A stretch of DNA of 64,000 nt from Guillardia theta CCMP2712 (Eukaryota > Protista > Cryptophyta): the NCBI RefSeq assembly GCF_000315625.1, contig NW_005434542.1, positions 120,087 through 184,086 on the forward strand, read 5' to 3'. The translations under genes were made by a program, and so were the position numbers. The notes below the pieces were generated by a model. The model made no database searches, was not told where the DNA came from, and saw only the letters and a list, made by a program, of their open reading frames with translations. Position 1 is the first letter of the stretch. Each line of letters begins with the position of its first letter. Positions 48,698-60,987 of the stretch are shown here, in pieces.

Positions 48698-51600
48698 ATG
48701 TTTCGGACACGAATCTGTTCCCTCCTCCTCTTCAGCCTTGCCCTCGTAGACTTCTTGCACCTGGAAGTGCGAGCAGAAGCTGTAGCCAACAGTTCCACAG
48801 CAACGCAAATTTATGCTGCTGGAGCAACATTCCCGGAGGAGCTGTATATGGATGCCATGTTCGCCTATCAGTTCGTCGAACCCACTGTCACCATGTCCTA
48901 CCTCCCGACAGGGTCAGGAGGCGGAAAGAAACGAATTACACAAGGGGATCAGATGAAAGACGACGGTTTCGGTCCTCCCTTCAACATTGACTTTGCTGGA
49001 TCCGACTCCTTGTTGAATGCCCAGCAGTATGCCGATTACCCAGATTTGCAGATGTACCCTTCAGTAGCAGGAGCGGTGGTTCCAATCTACAACATTCCTG
49101 AGCTCGAGGAGCGAGCCTTGGACTTGATCTTGACACCTGAGACAGTGGCCAAGATCTTCTCTGGAGCCATCAAGTGAGCAGACCTGCGCCTTGAAAGATC
49201 TCAAAGACTGACTGCTGACAGGAACTGGAACGACACAACAATCTACAACGACAACGTGGCTGGGGGCAATCAGGCTGGAGCTGACGTCCTCAAGAAGATC
49301 AAGTCGTCGATCATCGTCTTTGTGCGCAATGAGGACTCAGGGACTACAGAGATCTGGAAGAAGTCTCTCGCAGGGGCCTCGGCATACTTTGCAAAGCAGA
49401 TCGGAACCTCTTCAAAGCCTGTCTGGAACTCAACGGCCCGTTACGAGTATCGAGACGAGAATAACGGAGTTGCTTCAGGCGTCCTCGCGACCGACTACGC
49501 CGTGGGTTACTCAGTGCTGGGAGTAGCACTGAAGCTCAAGCTCAAGTCAGCCATGATCCTCAAGCCTGGGTCCACCACTCCGATCCGAGCATCAGCAGCA
49601 GCCGTTGAGTTCGCAGTGGCCGAGATGGGTCTAGGTGAGGCGTATGGGACTAGTGGCTATCGGAACTCTGACATGCGTGTGTCATGGCAGACTTCGGCAA
49701 CAACGGCGATGCTCCTGAACGTCTCACGGCCAACGTCATGAACGCCCAGGGTTCACTCGCATGGCCGATGGTGGGGTACACCTACCTGGTCATGCGCAAG
49801 AATACGCTAAGGAAGGGAGCCACTTGCGAGCATCGCAAGGCGACGGTCAACTTCTGGATATGGTTCCACAAGTCGGACGTTGCGAGGAACTTGGCTCGAG
49901 TCCATGGCTTCTCTCCGCTACCCGAGATCGTTCAAAACACAGTTTTGACCCGCCTCATGGCCGACATCAAGTGTGACGGGGTAATCGCCTACGACAACAA
50001 CAACGTCAAGATCATCGACGGGCACACGATCCCTGTTGTCTTCACCACTCTTGGGATCCTTGGTAACACGTACATCGGAGTTGATCCCTCCGTCACTTTC
50101 AACGTGAGTTGCTCGCCTGCACCGCGCGACTAATGCTGACGTGGGCGAACCAGATGTACGAAGAGGCCAAGTCCGACGAGGCCTACACCAAGATGCTGTC
50201 GCAGAGGGGAGGCTTCGCTGTGGTTCGGAGTGGGGCAAGGCAGGCGTGGACAAGCGCAAAGTCGAATCTTGTCATCCCCCTAGGTAACGCACTTCTACCA
50301 TGACATGACGAACCTCCTCTGACAACTGCTGGCCTTCAGCTGGGATCGGCTATGGGCTAATCTACAACCTCTGCGGCGATGCCACCAAGGTAGCCAAGTG
50401 CGACACAACGACTGACAAGCTGGTGGTGGACGGGAAGACGCTGGCACAGCTGCTCAAGACACAGAAACCGACCTTCGGCGTGCTCAAGACGCTGAACCCA
50501 ACGCTCAACGCCAAGCTCGTGAACCAGGAGATGTACATGATCTGTCCCGAGGTGGGATCGGAGGACAGGGCCATCATGACGGAGATCCTGTCTGCCTTCG
50601 ACCCGAGCTTCACCGAGACCTCCTGGCAGTGCCAGACCTCCCTGTCCAACTCCCCCTTCATGGGCGTGCTCGGCGAGAAGCGATTTGCCGTTGGCTTTGG
50701 CCCCCTCAACGACATCCCCTCTACCGTTGAAGTCGCCGACTTCCAGTCGTCGACCGGGAAGAAAGTCTCCTACTCCGTGGACGCCGTCCTCCGATGCGCC
50801 AAGGCTGACACCATGAACGCGTATGGGGCGTATGAGCTACCCAAGGGGTCAGTGGACGACGGCTGCTACCCGCTGTCGGAAGGGTTCAACGTGATCGCTC
50901 CCAAGGCCTTTGCATTGACCGCGCAGAAGAACCAGGACTGCGGGCCTACTGACCCGGCAATTGCTATGACCATGTTCATAGGGTGGATGTACGGGCATCC
51001 TAAGGCCGTCGGGAAGTTTACCAACGTCAACTACTCGCTCCCTCTGATCAAGGCGAACCTGGCCCCTCTGGGATTTGACAAGGACCTTAAGGCAACGAAC
51101 ATACTCAACAGCTTCTCGTGCGATAGCAAGAGCATCCTCGACCCTCCCCAGCCCGCGGCCAGCGTGACTGCCTTCATCTCTGCTGCTGCCTTTGCCTCCA
51201 TCATTCTCCTCTTCCTCTCCTCCCTCATGTGGGCGTTCAAGAGCGGGAAGCTGGACTTCGACAAGCTCGTAGCAACTATCTTTTCAGAGGAGATCTGCCT
51301 GCTGACAGACATGATCATCAACGTTTCCGACGTGATCACCTTCTCCATCTCCGTCTTCATCCTGGTGGCCAAGGAAGAGTTGCTGGTGGATCTGTTTCCC
51401 ATGTGCGTCCTCTTCATCATCCTCGGGTGGATCTCGACCCTGCACAACTTCCGGCTGACGTTGAATCACTTCCGCTACATCATCATTCAGAAGGACGCTA
51501 GCAAGAACGACGTCTTTGTCAAGAAGCACGCAGAAGCTGTCGCTAGCGCCTCCTTCGAGAAGCGGAAGCCCTCCCTGACGAGCTGGTCCAAGGTCAGCCC

Positions 51601-52051
51601 TCAAGTTCAGGCCGACGGCGAGACGCGGGAGGAGGTGTCTAGAAAGCTATCCCAGGCCTTCTCCATCATCAGGTCCAACTCGCACCAGGACGGTGGCCTT
51701 TCCCACATCGACATCATCGAGAACCTCCAGAGGGCGCGCGAGAGGCTGCGGGGAGATCTCTTCCTCATCCTCTTCGAAGCTCTTCCGACTATGGTGATTT
51801 CGATCAAGATCAACATGACTCTTCCCAGCACCTCCCTCATCAACGTCATCTCCCTCATCTTCTCCACCTCCGTCTTCGGCGCCAAGTCAGCTGGGCTCGC
51901 CTCCTACCCCGTCGTGGTGGGAGACCTGAAGAGAGAGAAGAGTCGGCTGCACAACGAGATCATTTCCAAGGTCCTGTCCGAGGTTTTTGAGCCCACGGGA
52001 CCTCAGAACGGGCAGTCTGTCGCTGTGGAGGTCGCCTCCAACGAGAACTGA
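48698..52051 (+). CDS. Signal peptide + PstS-type phosphate-binding domain + second degenerate PBP-like domain + multi-pass membrane domain
   Basis: AGATFP, YLPTGSGGG, DFAGSD, GAVVPIYNIP, AKIFSGAIK-NWND, VRNEDSGTT, AVGYS, AWPMVGYTYL. Second lobe ending CYPLS. About 5 hydrophobic helices in 51160-51900. Confidence 0.85.
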
Positions 52052-52492
52052 GGGGAGGGAGTGCGGGCGAGTGAGCGGCTGCTGGGTCAGTGAGGTGTAA
52101 GGCGACTTGGCATGGTGTAGATAAGTTTCAATGTTGTCTATCTTCATCCCAGAGCAGGACAGCAAGTCCGTCTCTGATGTGTGTTGAATGAAATATTCTT
52201 GTTTATTCAAATGACTGACAAGTCCGTAATTGTGTCTTGTTGCAAACAACCTTGTGATTGTTGCTTGGCGAAGTGAAACATCATCTTCTGTGCCACAGTA
52301 TCCCGGTACTGATCATGCTTGCGCACTGCCAGCCCGGCTCAGACTCCTCCGAGTCAGTACTTGGATGTCACACGGCCCCGCGACTCTCATGATACGGTCC
52401 GATCATCGCAGCCTCCGACCTGCTCGGCAGTCCGACTGGGCCCTGACCTGACCGTGAGCGGCCCGTCGCTGTGACATGCCATGATAACTTAA

Positions 52493-52583
52493 CTTTGATC
52501 GAGTATAGGCATGATATCTTTGATCGAGTAAAGGCATGATAGCTTTGATCGAGCAAAGGCATGAATCGAGTCAAGGCATGATA
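52493..52583. repeat. 25-bp tandem repeat x3.7 in an upstream intergenic region
   Basis: CTTTGATCGAGTATAGGCATGATAT / CTTTGATCGAGTAAAGGCATGATAG / CTTTGATCGAGCAAAGGCATGA / ATCGAGTCAAGGCATGATA. Confidence 0.85.
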
Positions 52584-53207
52584 AGGAGTGAAGGTAACGG
52601 GACTGGACTGGGACTACTGAGAGCTTCTGGCACTGCCGGGCCCCGGCCCAGGCCCCCCCGGGCCACTACCACCCCCCACTGTTCCTCACCCGGTGACCCC
52701 CTGACTTCCCAGGTTTGACCCCCACCCATGGCCGGCCTTCTGGTGCCTCCGGCTGCTAATAGTCATGTTTTGAAAAGCGGGCGGAGGATAGCGAAGATCA
52801 TGCGGGAGAGGAGGGAAGGGCAAGTAGGAAGGGGCAGGATGGGAGAAGAGGAGCACAGGAGAGATAAGGGTCATGGGCCCGGCTGCCTCCATGTACGATG
52901 ATGATTCGAGTTGGTCAACTTGGAGTGAATGTTTAATGGCTGAGAAGTGGTCAGGGAAGGGAAGGCGACAAAGAGGAGGGAAGGGAAGGCGAAGGAGGTG
53001 AATGTAGCTGAAAGAGGCTGCAGACAAGAAGGAAGGGTGGTGCATCTTTTAAGATCAGAAGGTTGAGCGGTGGTAACCTGCAAAATCTTGACATGAGCTT
53101 GGTGATTTGTGACAGGATGAGCTCAAACCTTTGGATGCTTTTCCCTCGTCCAGCGTCGACCAGTGCGTGAGCTCAAGGGCTGCTGCTGTGGAGTTTGACG
53201 TAGCAGG

Positions 53208-55381
53208 ATGCGCGTCTCGTACAGATTCATTCCTCTCCTCCCTGCCTCCCTGTTCCTCCTGCTTGCTCTGAGCGCTAGAGCGGAGAACCAATGCGCCCAA
53301 TCAAACTTCTCTGTCATGAGCAATGCGTCATCGTTTTGCTCGAATTACTCAGTGCAAGTGCGTATGACTCTTTGTTCTGTCTTTCTCTGTTTCATTTCTT
53401 GTTTTCTTGCAAGATTAACATCTGCCATAACGCCGACGGGATGAACATGACCGACATGACCGACCATACGCGTGAGGCGCAAGGTGACATCTCAAAGTGA
53501 AGGCCTGCCTTGGATGACATGTGACTTGGAAGATTTGCTGGCGAGCATGAACGTATCCCAGTGTCAGGCAGCCATGCATCAGATCTGCAGCAAGGCGGGA
53601 GGAGAAGCTTTGCCTGCCTCCCCCTCCATCTGTTGCAACTACATGGTGCCCGGCGCTGGTTTTCTGATCTCCTGTACATCGAAGGTCAGTCTTCAGCTAG
53701 GTTTGAAACTCGAGTGAAGGACGCTCTTGCTCCCTTACAGGAGGAATGCTTGGGGTGGGATGGTCTATACTCCATCGACTTGGGCAACGGTGAGCCATAG
53801 AGGAGTGCGCTCGGTCTGACAAGCATCCCAGTCTCTGCCCCCAAGATCTGCTGCAGCACGTGCTCGGTTTGGCTGAACGCGCTCTGCAAATTCCCTTCCT
53901 CTGCAAACACCCAGCAATATTGCCAGTCCATGTGCTCCAACAGCTTTCCATGCTACTCCTCCACAGCAAGCCCACCTCCTCAGGGTACTCCTCCTCCGCT
54001 GGTCTACGGGAGCATGCCAACAGCAGTCATCCGGCTCCGGATCGAGGGCCTGCTCATGACTGACTTCGACGCTTACATGCAGTCTCACTTTCTCAAGATC
54101 CTTGCGCCCCTCATCGGTGACACCCTTCTCCCTTCACTTCTCATCGCTGACTGCCCCTCCTCTAGATGTCGGAGAGAGCTTCCTGGTACCTTCCATGTTG
54201 CGTTGCTCCTACCGTTGAGCCGCTGCTTTCACAGTCTCTCAAGGTAGTCTCCTTCAGGAGGAGTCGAAAGCTCCTGCAGGTCTTCCCCAAGCCTCAGCAT
54301 GCCCGTGAGCTGATGTTCATCTGCAGTTCGCCATCATTGTGGACGTGGAGGTCAAGACATTCTCTGAATCTTTCGCACAATCTATCGTCACGACCATCGA
54401 GTCTGTGGTGGACAGGTCAAGTTTTCCGGTCAAGGGACTTGTGGGAGCTCACGGTCTTGCAGTGGGAGGCTCATTCAAGCTTTACAGCAGAATGGAGTTA
54501 GTCTCTTCTGTTGCACTGGACCACATTGACGGTGCTGGTCGAATCAGATTTCAGCCACGGGGGTTGTTGTCGTGTCTGCGACTGTTGTGAACATTCAGGT
54601 TGGTGTTGTTGAGCAAGTTTGAACTTTGACAAAACACATAAGGGGGTGCCAGCTGCCGTCGCCCGTGGAACAACTCCAACGCAGCTCATCTGTGATTCGT
54701 CATGTAATGATCTTTACTTCACCTCTCACTTTTCCTATCTCGTTCGCCTTCTCTGTCGGGGGTCGTGGTGACTAATTCATCTCCTTACCTCTCACTCTTC
54801 TTCATCCTGCTCATTGTTTTCGCCTCTCATGACCGAAGCTTTACATCTGTTTCCCTGTCGCGTTGCTTTTGATTCTTTTGGACCTGATTGTGACATGATG
54901 TGCTTGTCTCAGGCATGACATGTATCAAACCTGGCAAGGTAAATCACTGTGTGCTTCTGAGCATTGCGGCTGAGATATCGCAGGACGGATGCGTCCTTTG
55001 CAAGGATGGATACGCGTTCTGGTTCTAGTCTCAAGATGAGAGCCTTCATTCGCTCACTTTGAAAGCAGGCAGCCTCCAGAACGAGCCCTGGCTGGGACGG
55101 ACGAGAACGGACAGTGTGTGGGGTACTGGGGCAACGGAATGCTGCTAGTGATAACATCGCTTGTTTTGATGAGGGGAAGTGACAAGGGTCAGGGCTGGGC
55201 GTTGGGAGCGATTTTGGGACTGCTGGCCATCGGAGTTTGTATCCACTTCTTCTTCGACGCGATGGATCTCAGTGTTGTGATGGGGAAGAGAAGGTCACTC
55301 CCTCTTCCAGCTGTCTTCTTCCTTCTGCCGTCCTTCTCTACTCGCCTCTTTCTTCTCTCTCTCTGTCTCTCTGTCTCTCTG

Positions 55382-55433
<52 letters not shown>

Positions 55434-55553
55434 TCTCCCTCCCTCCCTCTCTCCCTCTCTCTCTCTCCCTCTCTCTGTCTCTCTGTCTCTGTCTGTCTGT
55501 CTGTCTGTCTCTGTCTGTCTGTCTGTCTGTCTGTCTGTCGCTCTCTCTCTCTC

Positions 55554-55588
<35 letters not shown>

Positions 55589-55680
55589 TTTCTAAAGCTA
55601 CCTGCTCTACTCGCAGGCATCGAGTCCGCGAAGCTCGATGGGTAGCTACCGACAAGGCATGCGAGGCGACGGCAAGCTGA
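53208..55680 (+). CDS. Signal-peptide membrane protein with a Cys-rich ectodomain, a SEA-like region and C-terminal TM helices, multi-exon
   Basis: MRVSYRFIPLLPASLFLLLALSARA; many Cys-rich exons; AVIRLRIEGLLMTDFD...RRSRKLLQ...IVDVEVKT; TMs GMLLVITSLVLM and WALGAILGLLAIGVCIHFFF. Confidence 0.6.
55350..55590. repeat. Intronic compound (CT)n/(CTGT)n microsatellite
   Basis: Direct reading. Confidence 0.95.
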
Positions 55681-55949
55681 TGGGGTCTAACTTGAACGAC
55701 AGGACGATCCGCTCTTTGACACCGTCGGCCTCCCTCCAGCGAAATGAGAAACTCTGATGCCATGTATATGTAGATGTAGCAATTTATCCTGTACCGCCTG
55801 AACCCTCTTTCTCCCACCTCACTTGTCCCTGCTCCTCCTCTTTCAGCTGTCCTCAGGGCCCGCTCTTCCTGCGTGCCCTCCTCCTCACCAGCGCTAGCGC
55901 AGTTGAAGACCATTGTAGATGTTGAGTGAGCGAAAACATGTCAAGAACG

Positions 55950-58900
55950 CTATGCTCTCCGGCCACCATGTTCATGGCCGTCACGCGTGTGACTATTCTC
56001 AAACTCATATGGCAGAGACAGGTTGGACTGATAGTACTGATGATTTGTTAACAAGCCAAGTGAAAATCGAGAGATAGTGACTGAGACATTATTATTATAC
56101 TGAAACATTATGACACATGTACATCGGTGAGTGTCGTTACATTGTCCATGTTCTAGAAGGTATACTGCGAGATGGATCGGGTCCCTGTCAGGTGCATCTG
56201 ACGCCAAGAGACGAAGATGAGGCGGAGCTCGTGCCTGACATCCATGTGTCGCTTCATGAAGGACAAGTGGGATATGTAAGCTTCCTGCACATTCTCCTGG
56301 AAGAATGAGAACCACGCTGAAAAGAAGCGCTTCTTGGTATTGTTGAACGCTTTTGACCGGAAGATAAAACTGAGGTGCTTTTTGTACGTCGAGACCTGCC
56401 TGTCGACGTAGAATTGCGTCCACTGACGGAACGCACGGGAAACTGGGTTACAACGCCTTGTAAGAGCAAGAAAGGAGGAAAGAGCCTGTGCTTGTGAAGG
56501 AAATGAAACATTCTGAGGTTGTTCCTGGTTGAGATGTAGAAGATAATTGAGATCGTCGGAATGATCGTCGAGATTGTTTGGAACCATTCGGTTGACACTC
56601 GACAAAAATGCTGCGCTGGAGTAGAGACGAGACATAAGGGCAAAGCAAGAAAGCAAGGCTTAATACCAAGGTAAGTACCAGCAAAGAATTGAAAGATACA
56701 ATTACCTTGCTCTTGAGACACACGATAAGTGTAAGACACTAGCAAACTGGAAATATCAACTAACGATTGGGCGAGAAAGGAACAAGACTCCTCCAGCCCA
56801 TTCACACTCATCTGCAAACAGAGTCCCTAAAAAAAAATGAGAAAAGCACAAAAACAAAAACAAAAACAACAACCTCCCGCCGCCTCCGCTCCTCCGCCGC
56901 CTGCTCCTCCCACCGCCGCAGCGCCCCCGCCAGCCCCCTCCTCGTCCAAGCTGCCGCCGCCCGCCTCAGCTGGCCTCTCTCCCGCTTCTCCGTCCGCGCC
57001 CCCTCCGCCCACCGGCTGAACGCCCCTAGCGCGCTCCCCTTCCACCACCGCCCCAGCGCCTTCCTCCCGCTCGCCTTGAGCCGCGCCTCCTCCTCCACGT
57101 ACGCCCGCCAGCGCTCCCACGCCCGCCCTGCCCGCCCGTGCTCCATCCGCACTACCGTCTTCGCCAAGATCCCCCTCTCCCGCCTTCCCGCCCGCGCCCC
57201 TTCCCGCCAAGCCTCTATCGCCTGCCCTGCCCGCCCTAGCCTCCACCGCCTTCCCGCTCGCTCAAGCGCGTGTGTCTGAGTCTGAGTCTGGTATCCTTGA
57301 TGAAGCTTGCGCTCTCGTGAGACCGCCTCTGCCGCCCGTGCCGCTACCGCCTCCATCGCTTGTTTCATGCTCGCCCGGAGCTCTGACGTCTCTGCCGCGA
57401 TCTCCTCGATAGACTCTCGTAGCCCGTGCTTCNNNNNNNNNNNNNNNNNNNNNNNNNNNNNNNNNNNNNNNNNNNNNNNNNNNNNNNNNNNNNNNNNNNN
57501 NNNNNNNNNNNNNNNNNNNNNNNNNNNNNNNNATCACCCACGCCTCTATCGCTTGCCCATGCCCGCCATAGCCTCCACCGCCTTAGCGCTCGCTCAAGTA
57601 CCTCCCGACGCCTCAGCTCCTCCGCCGCCTGCTCCTCACACCGCCGCAGCGCACCCGCCAGCCACCTCCTAGTCCAAGCTGCCGCCGCCCGCCTCAGCTG
57701 GCCTCTCTCCCGCTTCTCCGTCCGCGCCCCCTCCGCCCACCGGCTGAACGCCCCTAGCGCGCGCTCCCCTTCCACCACCGCCCCAGCGCCTTCCTCCCGC
57801 TCGCCTTGAGCCGCGCCTCCTCCTCCACGTACGCCCGCCAGCGCTCCCACGCCCGCCCTGCCCGCCCGTGCTCCATCCGCCCTACCGCCTTCGCCAAGAT
57901 CCCCCTCTCCCGCCTTCCCGCCCACGCCCCTTCCCGCCAAGCCTCTATCGCCTGCCCTACCCGCCCTAGCCTCCACCGCCTTCCCGCTCGCTCCATCGCG
58001 TGTGTCTGAGTCTGAGTCTGGTATCCTTGATGAAGCTTGCGCTCTCGTGAGACCGCCTCTGCCGCCCGTGCCGCTACCGCCTCCATCGCTTGTTTCATGC
58101 TCGCCCGGAGCTCTGACGTCTCTGCCGCGATCTCCTCGATAGNNNNNNNNNNNNNNNNNNNNNNNNNNNNNNNNNNNNNNNNNNNNNNNNNNNNNNNNNN
58201 NNNNNNNNNNNNNNNNNNNNNNNNNNNNNNNNNNNNNNNNNNGCCCGTGCTTCGCCGTCTATCAAACAATCCCGCCCGAGCACATTCCCGCCAAGCCTCT
58301 ATCGCCTGCCAGACCGCCCAAGCCTCCACCGCCTTCTCGCTCGATCCAGTACCTCCCGCAACATCCGCTCCTCCGCCGCCTGCTCCTCCCACCGCCGCAG
58401 CGCCCCCGCCAGCCCCCTCCTGGTCCAAGATGCCGCCGCCCGCCTCAGCTGACCTCTCTCCCGCTTCTCCGTCCGCGCCCCCTCCGCCCACCGGCTGAAC
58501 GCCCCTAGCGCGCTCCCCTTCCACCACCGCCCCAGCGCCTTCCTCCCGCTCGCCTTGAGCCGCGCCTCCTCCTCCACGTACGCCCGCCAGCGCTCCCACG
58601 CCCGCCCTGCCCGCCCGTGCTCCATCCGCCCTACCGCCTTCGCCAAGATCCCCCTCTCCCGCCTTCCCGCCCGCGCCCCTTCCCGCCAAGCCTCTATCGC
58701 CTGCCCTGCCCGCCCTAGCCTCCACCGCCTTCCCGCTCGCTCCATCGCGTGTGTCTGAGTCTGAGTCTGGTATCCTTGATGAAGCTTGCGCTCTCGTGAG
58801 ACCGCCTCTGCCGCCCGTGCCGCTACCGCCTCCATCGCTTGTTTCATGCTCGCCCGGAGCTCTGACGTCTCTGCCGCGATCTCCTCGATAGACTCTCGTA

Positions 58901-60987
58901 GCCCGTGCTTCGCCGTCTCCTCCCTCTGGGCTCCTACATACATCACCCACGCCTCTATCGCCTGCCCTGCCCGCCCTAGCCTCCACCGCCTTCCCGCCCT
59001 CTCCAGTACCTCCCGCCGCCTCCGCTCCTCCGCCGCCTGCTCCTCCCACCGCCGCAGCGCCCCCGCCAGCCCCCTCCTCGTCCAAGCTGCCGCCGCCCGC
59101 CTCAGCTGGCCTCTCTCCCGCTTCTCCGTCCGCGCCCCCTCCGCCCACCGGCTGAACGCCCCTAGCGCGCTCCCCTTCCACCACCGCCCCAGCGCCTTCC
59201 TCCCGCTCGCCTTGAGCCGCGCCTCCTCCTCCACGTACGCCCGCCAGCGCTCCCACGCCCGCCCTGCCCGCCCGTGCTCCATCCGCCCTACCGCCTTCGC
59301 CAAGATCCCCCTCTCCCGCCTTCCCGCCCGCGCCCCTTCCCGCCAAGCCTCTATCGCCTGCCCTGCCCGCCCTAGCCTCCACCGCCTTCCCGCCCTCTCC
59401 AGTACCTCCCGCCGCCTCCGCTCCTCCGCCGCCTGCTCCTCCCACCGCCGCAGCGCCCCCGCCAGCCTCCTCCTCGTCCAAGCTGCCGCCGCCCGCCTCA
59501 GCTGGCCTCTCTCCCGCTTCTCCGTCCGCGCCCCCTCCGCCCACCGGCTGAACGCCCCTAGCGCGCTCCCCTTCCACCACCGCCCCAGCGCCTTCCTCCC
59601 GCTCGCCTTGAGCCGCGCCTCCTCCTCCACGTACGCCCACCAGCACCTCCATGTGCTGTTTTGTGTTTTGAATTGTTTTGTTTTGATTGTTGTTTTGCAC
59701 TTTTGGTTTGCTTGTGAACGGATGTAGAATAGTTGCTTCCATGCAAGCATGTATAGCTGAAGCATGTGCCTGTTCGCATTCGATGTAATCGCTTTGTTTT
59801 GTCTTGTTGTTTTGTTTAGTTTCCTCCAAGCACTTACTTTCTTCTTTAAATCACAACTCATACGTACTCTTTGCATTTGTATGAAACTGGTTTCAATTTG
59901 CTTCTTATGTTGTACTCTGTACCGCATAGCTATTATTATGTTTGTCTGACACCTACGGGTTCTTGATCTGTGTTTTGCATAACACAAGGCGCTAATGACA
60001 ATGTTTCCATTATCAACCGAATTGCTTTGTCTCCAAATATCAAAAAAATCGTTGAGTAAACGAGAATTCTCTTTTGCACGCATAGAGGTTTGAAAAAGGG
60101 CCGATTGTTCACTCGAGGTGCGACAACTGTACCAGACAGAAAAATATCTCTGAGATATCTCCATGTTTTTGGCCGAAAGACAACTCATGATCGAAGACAA
60201 ACGGGCAACATCAGCATCCTGATACTTGATTTCTTTGTCGATGCAATTGTCATAAGCAGTCAAGCAAGTCAAGGCTCTGAAACTCTTTTTCTTCTGTCCG
60301 AGACCGTACCGCCTGAGTAGAGTACGATTGAGTCTCACGGCGTACCCTTGAATTCGAGAGTGATACTTCCAAACTATCAGAAATAGTCGTAGAACCATTT
60401 CGGTTGTCAGAGAAGACGTCTCTATAAGCTCTGTTTGTGGTTTTATCGTTTTGTATAGAGCGTCGAAAGCCTGGCGGTAAATCAGTCTCTCCCTGCTGCG
60501 CTGTACCTGGAAAACCGCCGTTTTGAAACGCGTTTGAGCGTTCACGTACTGCAGGACAAATAGTTACAAAACCTCCAAAGAAAATCTTCACACTTACCAT
60601 CTTCCATGAACTCCAATATGTTTCGAGCATCACACGATGCATTGCGCGACCCAATCTCTGAATGGCATCATAGGGTATGATTTTAGACTCCAGGTATACT
60701 CTCCAGCCCATGAACGAATTCCGAATAGAAAGAGTGAAGCATGCCATCTCCCAGATGTCTTTGAAGTACATGAGCGCTCGTTTGTACTTATGGCTGAGCC
60801 TCCATGCCTGCAGGGCCCTGCGCATGAGACTAACGAGGCTTACGATCTCAATCAGGTCGCGTTTTCTCTCCATCCGCTTCTGATGGTGCAGCATGCTTCT
60901 CCAGGAGGCTATCGCCTTGTACTGCAGCATCCTCGCGCGCCCTGAAACAGGGCCTCCCATCCCCCTGTCCTGCCGCGTTCCCAACAT
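55950..60987 (-). CDS. Sfi1-like Trp-repeat (putative centrin-binding) protein, interrupted by two assembly gaps
   Basis: Trp every 33 aa (AFSRW...ALRRW...AIEAW...AWERW). Degenerate repeats in the flanking exons (AIASW, ALQAW, SFMGW, AFRQW, FFSAW). Confidence 0.75.
56873..59640. repeat. GC-rich coding tandem array with a 396-bp (132-aa) unit and higher-order blocks
   Basis: AGTACCTCCCGCCGCC recurs at 59005 and 59401. The block GTGTGTCTGAGTCTGAGTCTGG recurs at about 57270, 58000 and 58750. Confidence 0.9.

Noticed and set aside
48698-52051. Bacterial contamination or a pst operon
   Set aside because: The gene has spliceosomal introns like its neighbours, and there is no pstCAB.
57754-59829. 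691-aa Gly/Ala-rich ORF
   Set aside because: Alternative frame of the GC-rich Sfi1-like repeat array.
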